Below, piece by piece: positions 1-9,211 of a stretch of 16,573 nucleotides of DNA; the first letter of the stretch is position 1; the number at the start of each line of letters is the position of its first letter. Below the pieces are notes generated by a model, which was given only the letters and a program-made list of their open reading frames with translations, had not been told where the DNA came from and did not search any database. This DNA is from Pseudobacteriovorax sp. (lineage in GTDB: Bacteria > Bdellovibrionota_B > Oligoflexia > Oligoflexales > Oligoflexaceae), in the NCBI GenBank assembly GCA_050293845.1, contig JBNKNM010000117.1:1-16573 (forward strand), given 5' to 3'. A program made the translations under genes and the position numbers.

Positions 1-283
1 TGTGCTTTCCGACGACGGGGTTCTAAATGAAGGTGGCTTACACTCTGAAGATGAGTTTGTAGAACACAAACTTCTTGATCTAATCGGTGATATTGCTTTA
101 TTGGGGCGTCCCATACTAGGTAAGATTACAGCCCATAAACCAGGACATGGTTTACATGCTGAGTTTACCAACGCTCTGTTGGCCATGAAGGATGAACTTT
201 TGCGGGAACAGGCATTTGCAAGGCCTCAGCAAGAGCATTCTAGTATTTCGTTTTTTGCTCCTTCCTGGGCCAATCTTGGTTAG
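1..283 (+). CDS. lpxC: UDP-3-O-acyl-N-acetylglucosamine deacetylase, 3' fragment (5' end outside window)
   Basis: Translation has DEFVEHKLLDLIGD (LpxC zinc-binding HKxLDxxGD motif) and AHKPGHGLH (catalytic His region), preceded by GVLNEGGL. Confidence 0.93.
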   Translation, partial: VLSDDGVLNEGGLHSEDEFVEHKLLDLIGDIALLGRPILGKITAHKPGHGLHAEFTNALLAMKDELLREQAFARPQQEHSSISFFAPSWANLG

Positions 284-1229
284 TGATACGCATAAATAAG
301 TCTATGGCTTGAGGTTTGATAGCCGTAAAGTCAGTTCGTTGAAGCTCCCTCAGAAATTGCGGGAGCTTTCTTGTGAGGTCCTCAGTATAGGTCATCCTTG
401 CTACATTTGTCGCATGGATAATCTGCTGTAGTTTCAAGGGCGATCTGAGCAACAGGGCTATCTCCATCATTACAGCAATGAGGTATCCATTGCTGATCTC
501 ACCATCAGTAATATCCCATAGAGCATGCCATGCATAAAGCAGTCTTTGATTCTGATATGGTTCTATCATCGCTATGAGAGATAGTAAGATTCCAATCTGC
601 ACATCGCGAGGCTCCAGTATATGGCATTGCTCAGCGGCATCCCAAGCATGATTATTTTGACCCATTGCATAGGCGGCCTTGGCTAGCCAAAACCATTGTA
701 AGGGGTCTTTGGGAGCTAATTGGGTTGCAAGCTGGAAACAGTCCCAAGCGAGTTGGAATTGTTGGGACTCCATGCAAGCCTGCCCTTTGAGACCGTATAA
801 ATCACTGCTTTTAGCATTGGTTTTATCGCAAAGCTTAATGCAGTTTTGGGGGTCATCGCAATTTAAAGCCACCCAGGCCGCTATGAAGCAATAGACTGTT
901 AACTTTGTAGATGTGGCAAGCTTAGAAAGAGCAGCGTACAATGGTGCTATCTGGTTTTCGTAAATACCCCGTTCAGCAGCTTGTAAAATAATCTGGCTTA
1001 ATTCACATGCAAAGGCAGAGCAAGAATCTTCCAAATACTGAATATTTTCAGTGGCATTAGATTTAACCTGTTCAGTCAGCAGTGAGGCGAGAGATTGGAT
1101 GACTGAAGCTGTTTCACTCTGAGCGATACTGTCACAAAGGTCACAAAGTATATTTTCCTGTTGCTTTCCTTGGGTATGGTACCATGCTGACAATTTTGGG
1201 AATCGATCAATTATTAAATGGGAAGTCAT
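240..1229 (-). CDS. TPR-like repeat hypothetical protein
   Basis: Long ORF with TPR-like helices (LYGLKGQACMESQQFQLAWDCFQLATQLAPKD; WFWLAKAAYAMG...LEPRD). ATG at 1229 follows GAGGAG (1234-1239); the ORF track starts at TTG 1259. Overlaps the lpxC 3' end convergently by 44 bp. Confidence 0.75.
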   Translation of the reverse strand: MTSHLIIDRFPKLSAWYHTQGKQQENILCDLCDSIAQSETASVIQSLASLLTEQVKSNATENIQYLEDSCSAFACELSQIILQAAERGIYENQIAPLYAALSKLATSTKLTVYCFIAAWVALNCDDPQNCIKLCDKTNAKSSDLYGLKGQACMESQQFQLAWDCFQLATQLAPKDPLQWFWLAKAAYAMGQNNHAWDAAEQCHILEPRDVQIGILLSLIAMIEPYQNQRLLYAWHALWDITDGEISNGYLIAVMMEIALLLRSPLKLQQIIHATNVARMTYTEDLTRKLPQFLRELQRTDFTAIKPQAIDLFMRITNQDWPRKEQKTKY

Positions 1230-1314
1230 TTGTCTCCTCAGTATGTCTTTTGCTAGCAAAAGCTAGAGATAGTAAAAAGCGGTGATAGTTTTGAATCTCT
1301 GATGGTAGCCTAGA

Positions 1315-2466
1315 TTGTTAGACGAAACTTATAATTGTTTGGCAGTACTATTACTGTTGATTATATCATGCATTTCACACTGCAGGATTTATCACATTAA
1401 AAGATATTTTTTTATCTTTGCTGTAGCTGTGATTCTGTTTTTTCAGGAATACTTAAGAGCTGCAACAGTTAACCAGCTAAGTAAATCTCGTGATACAAGC
1501 ATCGTTTTGGTTTCGGAGATGGATGAATGGCGGCAACAATGGCAAATATTATATCGAAAAAAAATCAATAAAACTATTGCAAATCAGTATCTGAGAAAGT
1601 TTTACCATAGTATGATAGGGGGTGCTGGATTTCTAGGATTTAGAACAAAAAAGTTATTCTTGTACTATGGCATTCTCCATATTGCCGTCATAAGTGGTTT
1701 ACACATTTCCTTATTATATGGAACTGCAGTATATTCTTTGACTTTACCATTTCGACTCCTGTATGCTCTGGGTCCATTGTCTTTTCCCCAACTGGAATCA
1801 ATCACTGTTGTGAGCCATAAATTAGCTATGGTAATAGTGATTAGTTACGGCTGGTTATGTGGTTTCTCGCCACCGTGTCAAAGAGCTGTTATTTTTATCT
1901 TTTTATCTCAATTTTTTGCTATCGTGGTCCCTTTAAGAGTGCATATATTAGATCGCATTAAATATGCTTTACTACTTCAGTTGTTATTGTTTCCTATGAG
2001 CTTCTTTACTTTTTCCAATTTTTTAAGTTGGTCAATCACAGGTATTATCCTCAGCCAAAATCATAGGAAGGGTCTGCTTGGTATATTACATATTCAGCTA
2101 TATATTGTGATTTTTACAACCCTTATATTTCCTTCGGTGTCTCTTATAGGTTTTTTTGCCAATGTTTTAGGGACGCTTTTATTTACTCCCCTTATCATAA
2201 CTATGTTTTGGGGAGCTCTCGGAATTGCCATTGGTTATGATATGGAGACCATAGTAAACTATCAGGAACATATATTTAATCTCTTACAATTCGTAAGGGA
2301 AGAATTTGCTCCGATAGAGATTTCCTTTAGATCAGGAAGATCGTCATTGTTGTTATCTGTACTGTTATTAGGAATTATTCTATTGGATCTTTCTAGAGTA
2401 TTGAGATATGTACCTAGCAGGTTGTATGGAGGCCAAGGTAATGCTAAAGATTTTAATCGTCGATGA
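1315..2466 (+). CDS. comEC: ComEC/Rec2-family competence membrane protein (core Competence domain only)
   Basis: GILHIAVISGLHI matches GxxHxxxxSGxH; GFSPPCQRA matches GxxPSxxRA; many hydrophobic segments. Start codon uncertain. Confidence 0.8.
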   Translation: MLDETYNCLAVLLLLIISCISHCRIYHIKRYFFIFAVAVILFFQEYLRAATVNQLSKSRDTSIVLVSEMDEWRQQWQILYRKKINKTIANQYLRKFYHSMIGGAGFLGFRTKKLFLYYGILHIAVISGLHISLLYGTAVYSLTLPFRLLYALGPLSFPQLESITVVSHKLAMVIVISYGWLCGFSPPCQRAVIFIFLSQFFAIVVPLRVHILDRIKYALLLQLLLFPMSFFTFSNFLSWSITGIILSQNHRKGLLGILHIQLYIVIFTTLIFPSVSLIGFFANVLGTLLFTPLIITMFWGALGIAIGYDMETIVNYQEHIFNLLQFVREEFAPIEISFRSGRSSLLLSVLLLGIILLDLSRVLRYVPSRLYGGQGNAKDFNRR

Positions 2467-2857
2467 CTCCCCCACAGTTCGCCATGAGTTGCGACTTAAG
2501 CTGCAAAATCTTGGACACGAGATTATAGGGGAAGCTGTTAATGGCCTGGAAGCTTTAGAAATGGTGCAGCAGTATCAACCAGACCTTGTAATGCTTGATA
2601 TCATTATGCCTGAAATGGATGGTATAGAGTGTTATCGATTGTTAAGAAACCTTTCCTATCCTCCACGGTGTATCATCGTTTCGGCTTTGGCCCAAGAACC
2701 ACGAGTGTTAGCAGCATATCGCGAAGAGATCGATGTTTCCCACTTTTTAGATAAGTATTGCCTAGAGGACGATATTGATCAAAAAATTCAACTGGTCTTG
2801 AGTCAACCTCCCCTGCCACTTCCATTACCGGAGAGTCAGGGTGAGGATCATCCTTGA
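2441..2857 (+). CDS. Single-domain response regulator receiver (CheY-like)
   Basis: KILIVDDS, PDLVMLDIIMPEMDG (phosphoacceptor Asp), IIVSA, FLDK. GGAGG at 2428-2432 supports ATG 2441 over 2408. Overlaps the comEC 3' end. Confidence 0.9.
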   Translation: MLKILIVDDSPTVRHELRLKLQNLGHEIIGEAVNGLEALEMVQQYQPDLVMLDIIMPEMDGIECYRLLRNLSYPPRCIIVSALAQEPRVLAAYREEIDVSHFLDKYCLEDDIDQKIQLVLSQPPLPLPLPESQGEDHP

Positions 2858-2903
2858 TAGGTCTTCTCCTACATCATAGTTCGAAAATGATATATGAATC
2901 GTA

Positions 2904-4031
2904 TTAAGAAGCCGAAAGACTATTCATAGGAGATGATTCGTTAAACGATTGAGACATTTTCTCCAATTTTTTTGTTTCTTGATCTTTTTTATTCCGGGCG
3001 CTTTGATAAAAGCTTAATAAGCTGATGATTGTGGAAAAAAGTGCAACAAGGAAAAAAGCCGGGTGCCAGGATAAACCAATAATCAAAAATATAAATGCGG
3101 TTATTCCCGTGATATAACCATTGATGGCAACCTTATCTTTATGAACCATAGCTAGTTCTCCAGTTAGCACTCCTTTTCCGTGACCATCGATTAGCAACTT
3201 TCTTTCTTTCCCTTTGTAGAAATGCCTAAGAACGTTTTTAGGGCTATAAATATAACCCACTTTCCATACTGGAATATGGAGAAGCTGGATACCTGCGATT
3301 TCCAGTTCTGTGCGATAGTCGATAAGATAATTGGCATTCAGCATAGATATCTTGTAGTGGTACAAATCCACGTGATTTTTAGCACGTCTCAAGGCTTCCT
3401 GCTCGTTAACCTGGATTCCTAAAATGGGAAGTCCATTAGCATATTTAAACTCGAAAAAATTCCGCGCTTCATAGGCAGATTTTTGCTCTTCATCCATCAG
3501 CCGACCCCTTGACAGAGTAGAATCTAGGGGGAATCCATCCCATTCCACCGCAATGGGTTCTGGGGGTTCATGAAGTCGCGCTAGGCCCCAGGTTTCGCAG
3601 ATATTGGTTCGGGCTGATATGGCCCATCGATAACCTCTGCGAAATTGACCAGTTTCTACGAGATACTCGGCTCCTGAACTGAGATTGATATGAAGTGGGT
3701 TTTGCCGGCGTACCAAACCTTTCCAGGCGGTGTGAGCTTCTAATGAAATGATCCAAACAGGAAGGCTAAAACCCTGTACGTCAACTACATAGAATTCCCT
3801 ATCAACGGCACCAGGACGGTGGTGAAGGCGCCGTAGCCACTCTATGGCTAGGTCTTTAACCGTGGCGGAGTCGATAAGGTTGCCAACGATGTAATGATCA
3901 CCAAAAATCTCCTTTTGTCCATTATTTACGTCGAATTTGAAGGTAGCCGAGCAGAAAGGGCACATCATCAGATAATCGGAGAAAATATACTGAGATGGCT
4001 TGTTACAAGAGGGGCAGGTTAATTCATGCAA
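2904..4031 (-). CDS. Zn-ribbon membrane protein, YdjG-like
   Basis: N-terminal CPSC...CPFC; LPVW and HIPVW motifs; LIDGHGKGVLTGE followed by two C-terminal hydrophobic helices. TTG start with AGGAGG (4041-4046) 9 nt upstream. Confidence 0.7.
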   Translation of the reverse strand: MHELTCPSCNKPSQYIFSDYLMMCPFCSATFKFDVNNGQKEIFGDHYIVGNLIDSATVKDLAIEWLRRLHHRPGAVDREFYVVDVQGFSLPVWIISLEAHTAWKGLVRRQNPLHINLSSGAEYLVETGQFRRGYRWAISARTNICETWGLARLHEPPEPIAVEWDGFPLDSTLSRGRLMDEEQKSAYEARNFFEFKYANGLPILGIQVNEQEALRRAKNHVDLYHYKISMLNANYLIDYRTELEIAGIQLLHIPVWKVGYIYSPKNVLRHFYKGKERKLLIDGHGKGVLTGELAMVHKDKVAINGYITGITAFIFLIIGLSWHPAFFLVALFSTIISLLSFYQSARNKKDQETKKLEKMSQSFNESSPMNSLSAS

Positions 4032-4075
4032 GGCAAAAATCCTCCTTTTTATTTCATAATAGCATGATTAGTCGG

Positions 4076-4103
4076 TTGACAGGGAGAAGATCGGACTTAC
4101 CTT
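4076..4103 (+). promoter_or_regulatory. Candidate sigma70-type promoter for dnaK
   Basis: TTGACA (4076-4081), 16-nt spacer, TACCTT (4098-4103). A separate TATAAT at 4170-4175 lacks a good -35. Confidence 0.45.
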
Positions 4104-4207
4104 AAATTTGAGGCGGGAAACATTAAGCCTTTACGACGCAGAAATAAATTAACTACCTTAATTCTTTAATATAATAGCCGTAATGGCACATCTAATGGAG
4201 AGCAAGC

Positions 4208-6106
4208 ATGGGTAAAATTATAGGCATAGATTTGGGAACAACGAACTCTGTTGTGGCTGTGATGGAACAAGGCCAAGCAAAAATCATCCCTAACGCTGAA
4301 GGCAAACGAACTACTCCTAGTGTCATCGGTTTTACAAAGGGGGGAGAGGTTTTAGTTGGTGATGCGGCCCGTCGGCAAGCCGTAACAAATCCAGAAAAAA
4401 CAATCTATTCATCTAAGCGGTTTGTGGGATGTACTTTTGCTGAACGTGCTGAAGAGTCTAAACAAGTGCCCTATAAGGTTGTAGCAGGCAAGTCGAATAT
4501 GGCTGTTTTTGAGGTTGATGGTAAACAATATACACCTCAGGAAATGGGTGCAAAAGTTCTAGCTAAGTTGAAACAAGCTGCTGAGGACTATTTAGGAGAA
4601 ACAGTAACAGAGGCTGTGATCACAGTACCAGCCTACTTTAACGATAGCCAAAGACAAGCCACAAAAGATGCTGGGAAAATAGCCGGCCTTGATGTGAAGC
4701 GTATAGTTAACGAACCCACAGCAGCAGCATTAGCTTATGGGCTCGACAAAAAAGCTGATGAAAAAGTTGTCGTTTTTGACTTTGGTGGTGGTACTTTTGA
4801 TGTTTCACTTCTGGAAGTTGGTGAAAATGTTGTTGAGGTATTGGCTACAGGCGGTAACAACCACTTAGGTGGTGACAATGTCGATGAAGCTCTCATCAAG
4901 TTCCTTGTCGATACATTTAAATCCGATACCGGCGTTGATGTTACTAATGATCCTATGGCTATGCAACGACTTAAGGAAGCTGCTGAGAAAGCTAAAATTG
5001 AGCTGTCTTCAGCCCAGTCGACCGATATTAACTTACCATTCTTAACTGCTGATCAGTCAGGACCTAAACATCTGAATGTTTCCTTGTCGCGATCGAAGTT
5101 TGAGCACCTTATTGGGTCTTTGATTGAGCAAACTCTAGAACCTTGCCGCAGAGTCATGAAAGATGCCGATATTAATATCAGCGAGATTGATGAAGTGATT
5201 CTGGTAGGTGGTTCGACACGCATTCCCCTTGTGCAGAAAAAAGTACAGGAATTTTTTGGCAAAGAACCCAATAAATCTGTAAACCCTGATGAAGTGGTTG
5301 GTATTGGTGCTGCGGTCCAAGGTGGTGTATTAGCTGGAGATGTGAAGGATGTCTTACTTCTAGACGTGACTCCTTTAACCCTAGGTATTGAAACACTAGG
5401 GGGTGTCATGACAAAATTAATCGAACGTAATACGACCATCCCTCACAAGAAATCACAGGTGTTCTCAACCGCAGCTGACAACCAGACTTCTGTAGAAATC
5501 AGTGTTCTCCAAGGCGAGAGAGAAATGGCAAGCGATAATAGACAGCTTGCTAGGTTTACCTTACAGGACATTCCATCAGCTCCCCGCGGTGTGCCACAGA
5601 TTGAGGTTACTTTTGATATCGATGCTAATGGTATTTTGTCGGTATCTGCTAAGGATCTGGGTACAGGTAAGGAGCAGAAGATAACTGTGGAAGCAGCTAC
5701 TTCTATCGATGAGAGTGAAATCGATCGGATGGTGAAAGAGGCTGAATCTCATAAAGAGGAAGATAAAAAACGACGCGATTCTGTAGAAGCGAAAAACCAT
5801 CTTGATGGTTTAATCTTTTCTACTGAAAAATCTCTTAGCGAAGCTGGTGATAAGGTGCCTGCGGAGCTAAAATCAGAAATTGAAACAGCCTTGGCTACGG
5901 CAAAAGAAAAGCTTAACTCGACGAATGCTGACGAGCTAAATGCTGCTAAGGCTGAACTGGAAGCCAAAACCCACAAGCTAGCTGAGGTCATGTACCAACA
6001 AGCTGGTGCTAAGGCGGGTGATGCTACTCCCGGAGAAGAGCAAGGTGGTGATTCAGCTAAGACGGACCCTAATGTTGTGGATGCTGAATTTGAAGATGGC
6101 AAATAA
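4208..6106 (+). CDS. dnaK: Molecular chaperone DnaK (Hsp70)
   Basis: [75 protein letters not shown]-terminal VVDAEFE; GGAG RBS. Confidence 0.99.
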   Translation: MGKIIGIDLGTTNSVVAVMEQGQAKIIPNAEGKRTTPSVIGFTKGGEVLVGDAARRQAVTNPEKTIYSSKRFVGCTFAERAEESKQVPYKVVAGKSNMAVFEVDGKQYTPQEMGAKVLAKLKQAAEDYLGETVTEAVITVPAYFNDSQRQATKDAGKIAGLDVKRIVNEPTAAALAYGLDKKADEKVVVFDFGGGTFDVSLLEVGENVVEVLATGGNNHLGGDNVDEALIKFLVDTFKSDTGVDVTNDPMAMQRLKEAAEKAKIELSSAQSTDINLPFLTADQSGPKHLNVSLSRSKFEHLIGSLIEQTLEPCRRVMKDADINISEIDEVILVGGSTRIPLVQKKVQEFFGKEPNKSVNPDEVVGIGAAVQGGVLAGDVKDVLLLDVTPLTLGIETLGGVMTKLIERNTTIPHKKSQVFSTAADNQTSVEISVLQGEREMASDNRQLARFTLQDIPSAPRGVPQIEVTFDIDANGILSVSAKDLGTGKEQKITVEAATSIDESEIDRMVKEAESHKEEDKKRRDSVEAKNHLDGLIFSTEKSLSEAGDKVPAELKSEIETALATAKEKLNSTNADELNAAKAELEAKTHKLAEVMYQQAGAKAGDATPGEEQGGDSAKTDPNVVDAEFEDGK

Positions 6107-6130
6107 AATTAATAAATAAAGATTTACAGC

Positions 6131-6164
6131 AGGGGGCTTCTGAAGGGAAGCCCCCTTTGTTTTT
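6131..6164 (+). terminator. Rho-independent terminator of dnaK
   Basis: Perfect 10-bp stem AGGGGGCTTC (6131-6140) / GAAGCCCCCT (6147-6156), 6-nt loop, followed by a T-rich tract. Confidence 0.92.
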
Positions 6165-6206
6165 GTTTTTGTTTTTGTTTTTGTTTTTGTTTTTGTTTTT
6201 GTTTTT
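6159..6206. repeat. Perfect hexanucleotide tandem repeat (GTTTTT)8
   Basis: G at 6159, 6165, 6171, 6177, 6183, 6189, 6195 and 6201, each followed by T5. Confidence 0.97.
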
Positions 6207-6224
6207 TCGGGACTCACATCAGGA

Positions 6225-6773
6225 TCAAGGGTGCAGTAGGGGGTTTAGAGCTTGCCAAAGTTTAATTTTTTGCCTGGGATCTGCCATCATTTCAGCTATC
6301 GACGGGCTCGGTAACACTTTAAAGTCATAGGCAGATTCATGCCATTGTCCCTTAATGCATGCGATATCATTATCACACAGCATTTCTGCGAGTTTCTCTG
6401 AAAAGCAGACCATCCATTTTACCTCCATTTCATCGGCACTCTCCAATAGCTGACCCATATCCTGAGTGGGGCCTCGCACCGCAAAATGAAACTCATTATC
6501 TTCAAGTTTTAAGGCCAGGCATAGTTTGGTGAAGGTTTGCAGCTCCTGGTGATCAGGTAGCTGGGTATCCAGCCACAAAATTTTTCGTCCCCGTAATGGC
6601 TGAGGTGAATGCTTCGTCGGGCTAGCGGCGTCGGTTGTGGTAGTGGTAACCGACGCCGTGTTCTCCCCATGCTCTATTGTGGAAAGACTAGATTGTATTT
6701 GTGACTTATGTGGGTATACGACCCCTCTTTCATCTAGCCAGTTCAGATAGCACAGCATCTTTTCTTTGAGCAT
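6225..6773 (-). CDS. Hypothetical protein resembling a degenerate family-4 uracil-DNA glycosylase or DNA polymerase III psi (HolD)
   Basis: C-terminus KGQWHE...VLPSPSIAEMMADPRQKIKLWQAL resembles UDG-F4 (RGxW...PTYHPAYLLRNP..K..W..L) and HolD (SPALTDLRANPTARAALWQ). GEAPG and HP catalytic motifs are absent. Confidence 0.55.
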   Translation of the reverse strand: MLKEKMLCYLNWLDERGVVYPHKSQIQSSLSTIEHGENTASVTTTTTDAASPTKHSPQPLRGRKILWLDTQLPDHQELQTFTKLCLALKLEDNEFHFAVRGPTQDMGQLLESADEMEVKWMVCFSEKLAEMLCDNDIACIKGQWHESAYDFKVLPSPSIAEMMADPRQKIKLWQALNPLLHP

Positions 6774-6911
6774 AAGCAGCTAAGTCCCCAACTTAGATCC
6801 GGAATCTGAAAAATTTTAGTTTGAAAATTCTCAGAAATCCTTAAAAATCATTCGGATTTGATCAAAAAACCACTACTTGCATTCTATAGCATAGCCAGGT
6901 GCGAGAAAAAA

Positions 6912-8438
6912 CTAGGAGACAAGGGAATCTTTCTTAGGCTTCCTATGCTGTCGTCGCTGGGTAATCAATTCCTTAACACTTTCCAAACGAGAGCGTTGAA
7001 TAGGTTCGCTTCCCTTATCCATACGCATCAGCTTTTTAACTAAAAAATAGTTTTTGGCATATTGCTTCGTCCGATGGCTTGCGGTGATTAAGACCTTGAG
7101 AAAGTTAGGACTGGAGTAGCCTGTGGCGAGGGCTGAGTGCACGGAAGCGATAGCCTGAGCAAAGTTATTATGGTTTAAAAACAGCTCAGCCTGGTAGAGA
7201 TAGCTTTCGGGATCAGCAGTATTGGCCCGATACTGCTGAAAAACATTTATGGTTTCGGCATCATCCTTTTGGGCTAAATGTAGTTTAGCAAGGGCAAAGT
7301 AGGGAGCTTTTTGTAAGGGGTGTCTGACAATGGCACTTTGTAGCGTGGTTATCGCCTCTTCGAAACGTTCCTCTTGGAGAAAGAGTTTTGCCAGTATCAT
7401 GTAAGTGTCGAGCCGTTCTGGGTGCTGCTTTTTTTCATCGCGTAAAGCTATTTCTGCTAGCTTTTCTTGATCCAATAGCCGACAAATTTGCACGATAGCC
7501 TCAAGGGGTTTGGAATCCTGGGGAAATACCCGGCGATAACGTTTGAAATAATATATGGCTTTCTCAATATTTTCATCTTTGGCATAAGCAATACCCATGC
7601 CATAGAGTGCTTCGGCATTTTTGTTATTCTCCAGCAGGGCTTGGCGCAGATGAAAGATAGCGCGGAGGTACTCACCGTTCTTAATTAGTAAATTTGCCAA
7701 CCTCACCTGACGTACGACATGCTTGGGATTGATTTCTAATTCTTGGGTTAGGGCGTCAATGGCGGATTCCGTATCATTCTGCTTTAGGTAAATATCCGAT
7801 AATAATTTGTAATTTTTTAAAAAATCAGGAAAGTTCTTAATCCCCTCTTTGAGGGCTGCCACCGCAGCTTCATACTTTTCTTCGCGCAGCAGGACTAAAG
7901 CTTTCAAATACTGGGGCTGGGGGTTTGTCGGAAGTTTTCGCGCAAGCTCATTGAGGATTTTATTGGCATCTTCATTCCGATTCTCAGAAATTAACAACTC
8001 TGCTTCGCGTAACATTTTTATACTGGGCTTCGGGGAGTGGAAGGCCGTTAATACCTTATAAATTTTTTTTTCTAGCTCTGGGGCCTGGAAGGGTTTTAAT
8101 AGATAGTCTGTAGCCCCCTTGTCGATAGCCTTTATAATATCATCGCGCTCTGCTTGCCCTGTCAGGACAATAATGGGCGAGTCGGAACGATGATCCTTAT
8201 GGCGAATCTGGTCTATAATGGCATATCCATCACCCGACTTAAAAAAGATTTCCGTAAAAACGAGATCAAAGTGCAGATTACCAATCAATTTTCTAGCTTC
8301 TTTTGTGGAATGGGTTTCCACAATTTCCTCAATGTGGAGTGCTTGCAAAACCTTTGCGATAGCCTTCCTGATAAGATCATGCTCATCAACGATCAGGACT
8401 TTTAATTCAGCTGTGTTAATGGGTAATTTTTCTTTCAC
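6912..8438 (-). CDS. Atypical (Asp-less) receiver domain fused to multiple TPR repeats
   Basis: VLIVDEH...FDLVFTEIFF..GDG...IIVLTG...GATDYLLKPF then about 380 aa of TPR repeats. GTG at 8438 has AGGGAG 6 nt upstream; alternative ATG at 8474. Confidence 0.85.
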   Translation of the reverse strand: MKEKLPINTAELKVLIVDEHDLIRKAIAKVLQALHIEEIVETHSTKEARKLIGNLHFDLVFTEIFFKSGDGYAIIDQIRHKDHRSDSPIIVLTGQAERDDIIKAIDKGATDYLLKPFQAPELEKKIYKVLTAFHSPKPSIKMLREAELLISENRNEDANKILNELARKLPTNPQPQYLKALVLLREEKYEAAVAALKEGIKNFPDFLKNYKLLSDIYLKQNDTESAIDALTQELEINPKHVVRQVRLANLLIKNGEYLRAIFHLRQALLENNKNAEALYGMGIAYAKDENIEKAIYYFKRYRRVFPQDSKPLEAIVQICRLLDQEKLAEIALRDEKKQHPERLDTYMILAKLFLQEERFEEAITTLQSAIVRHPLQKAPYFALAKLHLAQKDDAETINVFQQYRANTADPESYLYQAELFLNHNNFAQAIASVHSALATGYSSPNFLKVLITASHRTKQYAKNYFLVKKLMRMDKGSEPIQRSRLESVKELITQRRQHRKPKKDSLVS

Positions 8439-8487
8439 TTGGGACTCCCTATGGTGCCCTTTCGGAAATTGCATTTAAAACTTAATA

Positions 8488-9204
8488 TTATACGGAGTCC
8501 TGGTTGATTTCATTTAAGCAGCGGAGAAGGGTACGAGAGGTTCTATCCTCAGGCTGGATTTCTTGGGCTTTCATCCAGTAGTTACGAGAGCTTACATAAT
8601 CCCCTTCGCGGTAGGATATCAATCCTAAAAGGTTGTATGATTCCGCATTAGGGGCGAACTTATCGATAAGCTCCCTGGCACGGCTCTTTGCCTTAGCTAG
8701 TTGCCCCATGGTGTACTCCAGCTCAGCCAAGCGCATGATTTGGTCTGGCATTTTGGGAAAAATAGTGAGTGCTTTTTCGTATTCCCGCTGGGCTTCTGCA
8801 TAGAGGCCTGATTCTTCATAACTGTGGGCTGTTTGACAATGTAGGTTGGCAATTTTGCCCAGGACTAAGGGTGGAATATTAGTGTGTGGACTATATGAGG
8901 AGCTGAGCTTTTGATATTCGCTATATCCCTGGTCATAGAGCCCTAAGTCACAGTAAACTATTGATAAATTTAGGGCTGCTTCAATATAATGAGGGTTGAG
9001 AGCCAGGGCTTTTTTAAAGGAGCTGATGGCTTGAGAAAACTTCGACTGACGATGATAGGCTACACCCAGGAGATTGAGAAGGTTAGCTAAGTCTCCAAGT
9101 TCTTCCATGGATTCAGTCAGCAAAGTTGTTGCTGACTGAAAGCGATTGACACTGAGGTATAGGTTTACACGGTCTTGGATGTCCTTAAGTTTTTCCCTTA
9201 GCAT
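8488..9204 (-). CDS. Tetratricopeptide repeat protein
   Basis: Canonical TPRs (LNLLGVAYHRQSKFSQAISSFKKALALNPHY; SYNLLGLISYREGDY...IQPED). AGGAGG RBS overlaps the rny stop codon. Confidence 0.9.
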   Translation of the reverse strand: MLREKLKDIQDRVNLYLSVNRFQSATTLLTESMEELGDLANLLNLLGVAYHRQSKFSQAISSFKKALALNPHYIEAALNLSIVYCDLGLYDQGYSEYQKLSSSYSPHTNIPPLVLGKIANLHCQTAHSYEESGLYAEAQREYEKALTIFPKMPDQIMRLAELEYTMGQLAKAKSRARELIDKFAPNAESYNLLGLISYREGDYVSSRNYWMKAQEIQPEDRTSRTLLRCLNEINQDSV

Positions 9205-9211
9205 AGACCTC

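Noticed and set aside
2304..2317. ATTTGCTCCGATA, identical to the -10 region of the sigma28 candidate at 14147-14159
   Set aside because: No TAAA at the correct spacing, it lies within comEC, and a few 13-mer matches are expected by chance in 16.5 kb.
3164..3190. TTAGCACTC, a perfect CIRCE left arm about 1 kb upstream of dnaK
   Set aside because: The right arm GAGTGCTAA is absent (sequence reads GACCATCGA) and the site lies inside a CDS.
5053..6102. Several short antisense or alternate-frame ORFs inside dnaK
   Set aside because: Typical shadow ORFs of a conserved, highly expressed gene.
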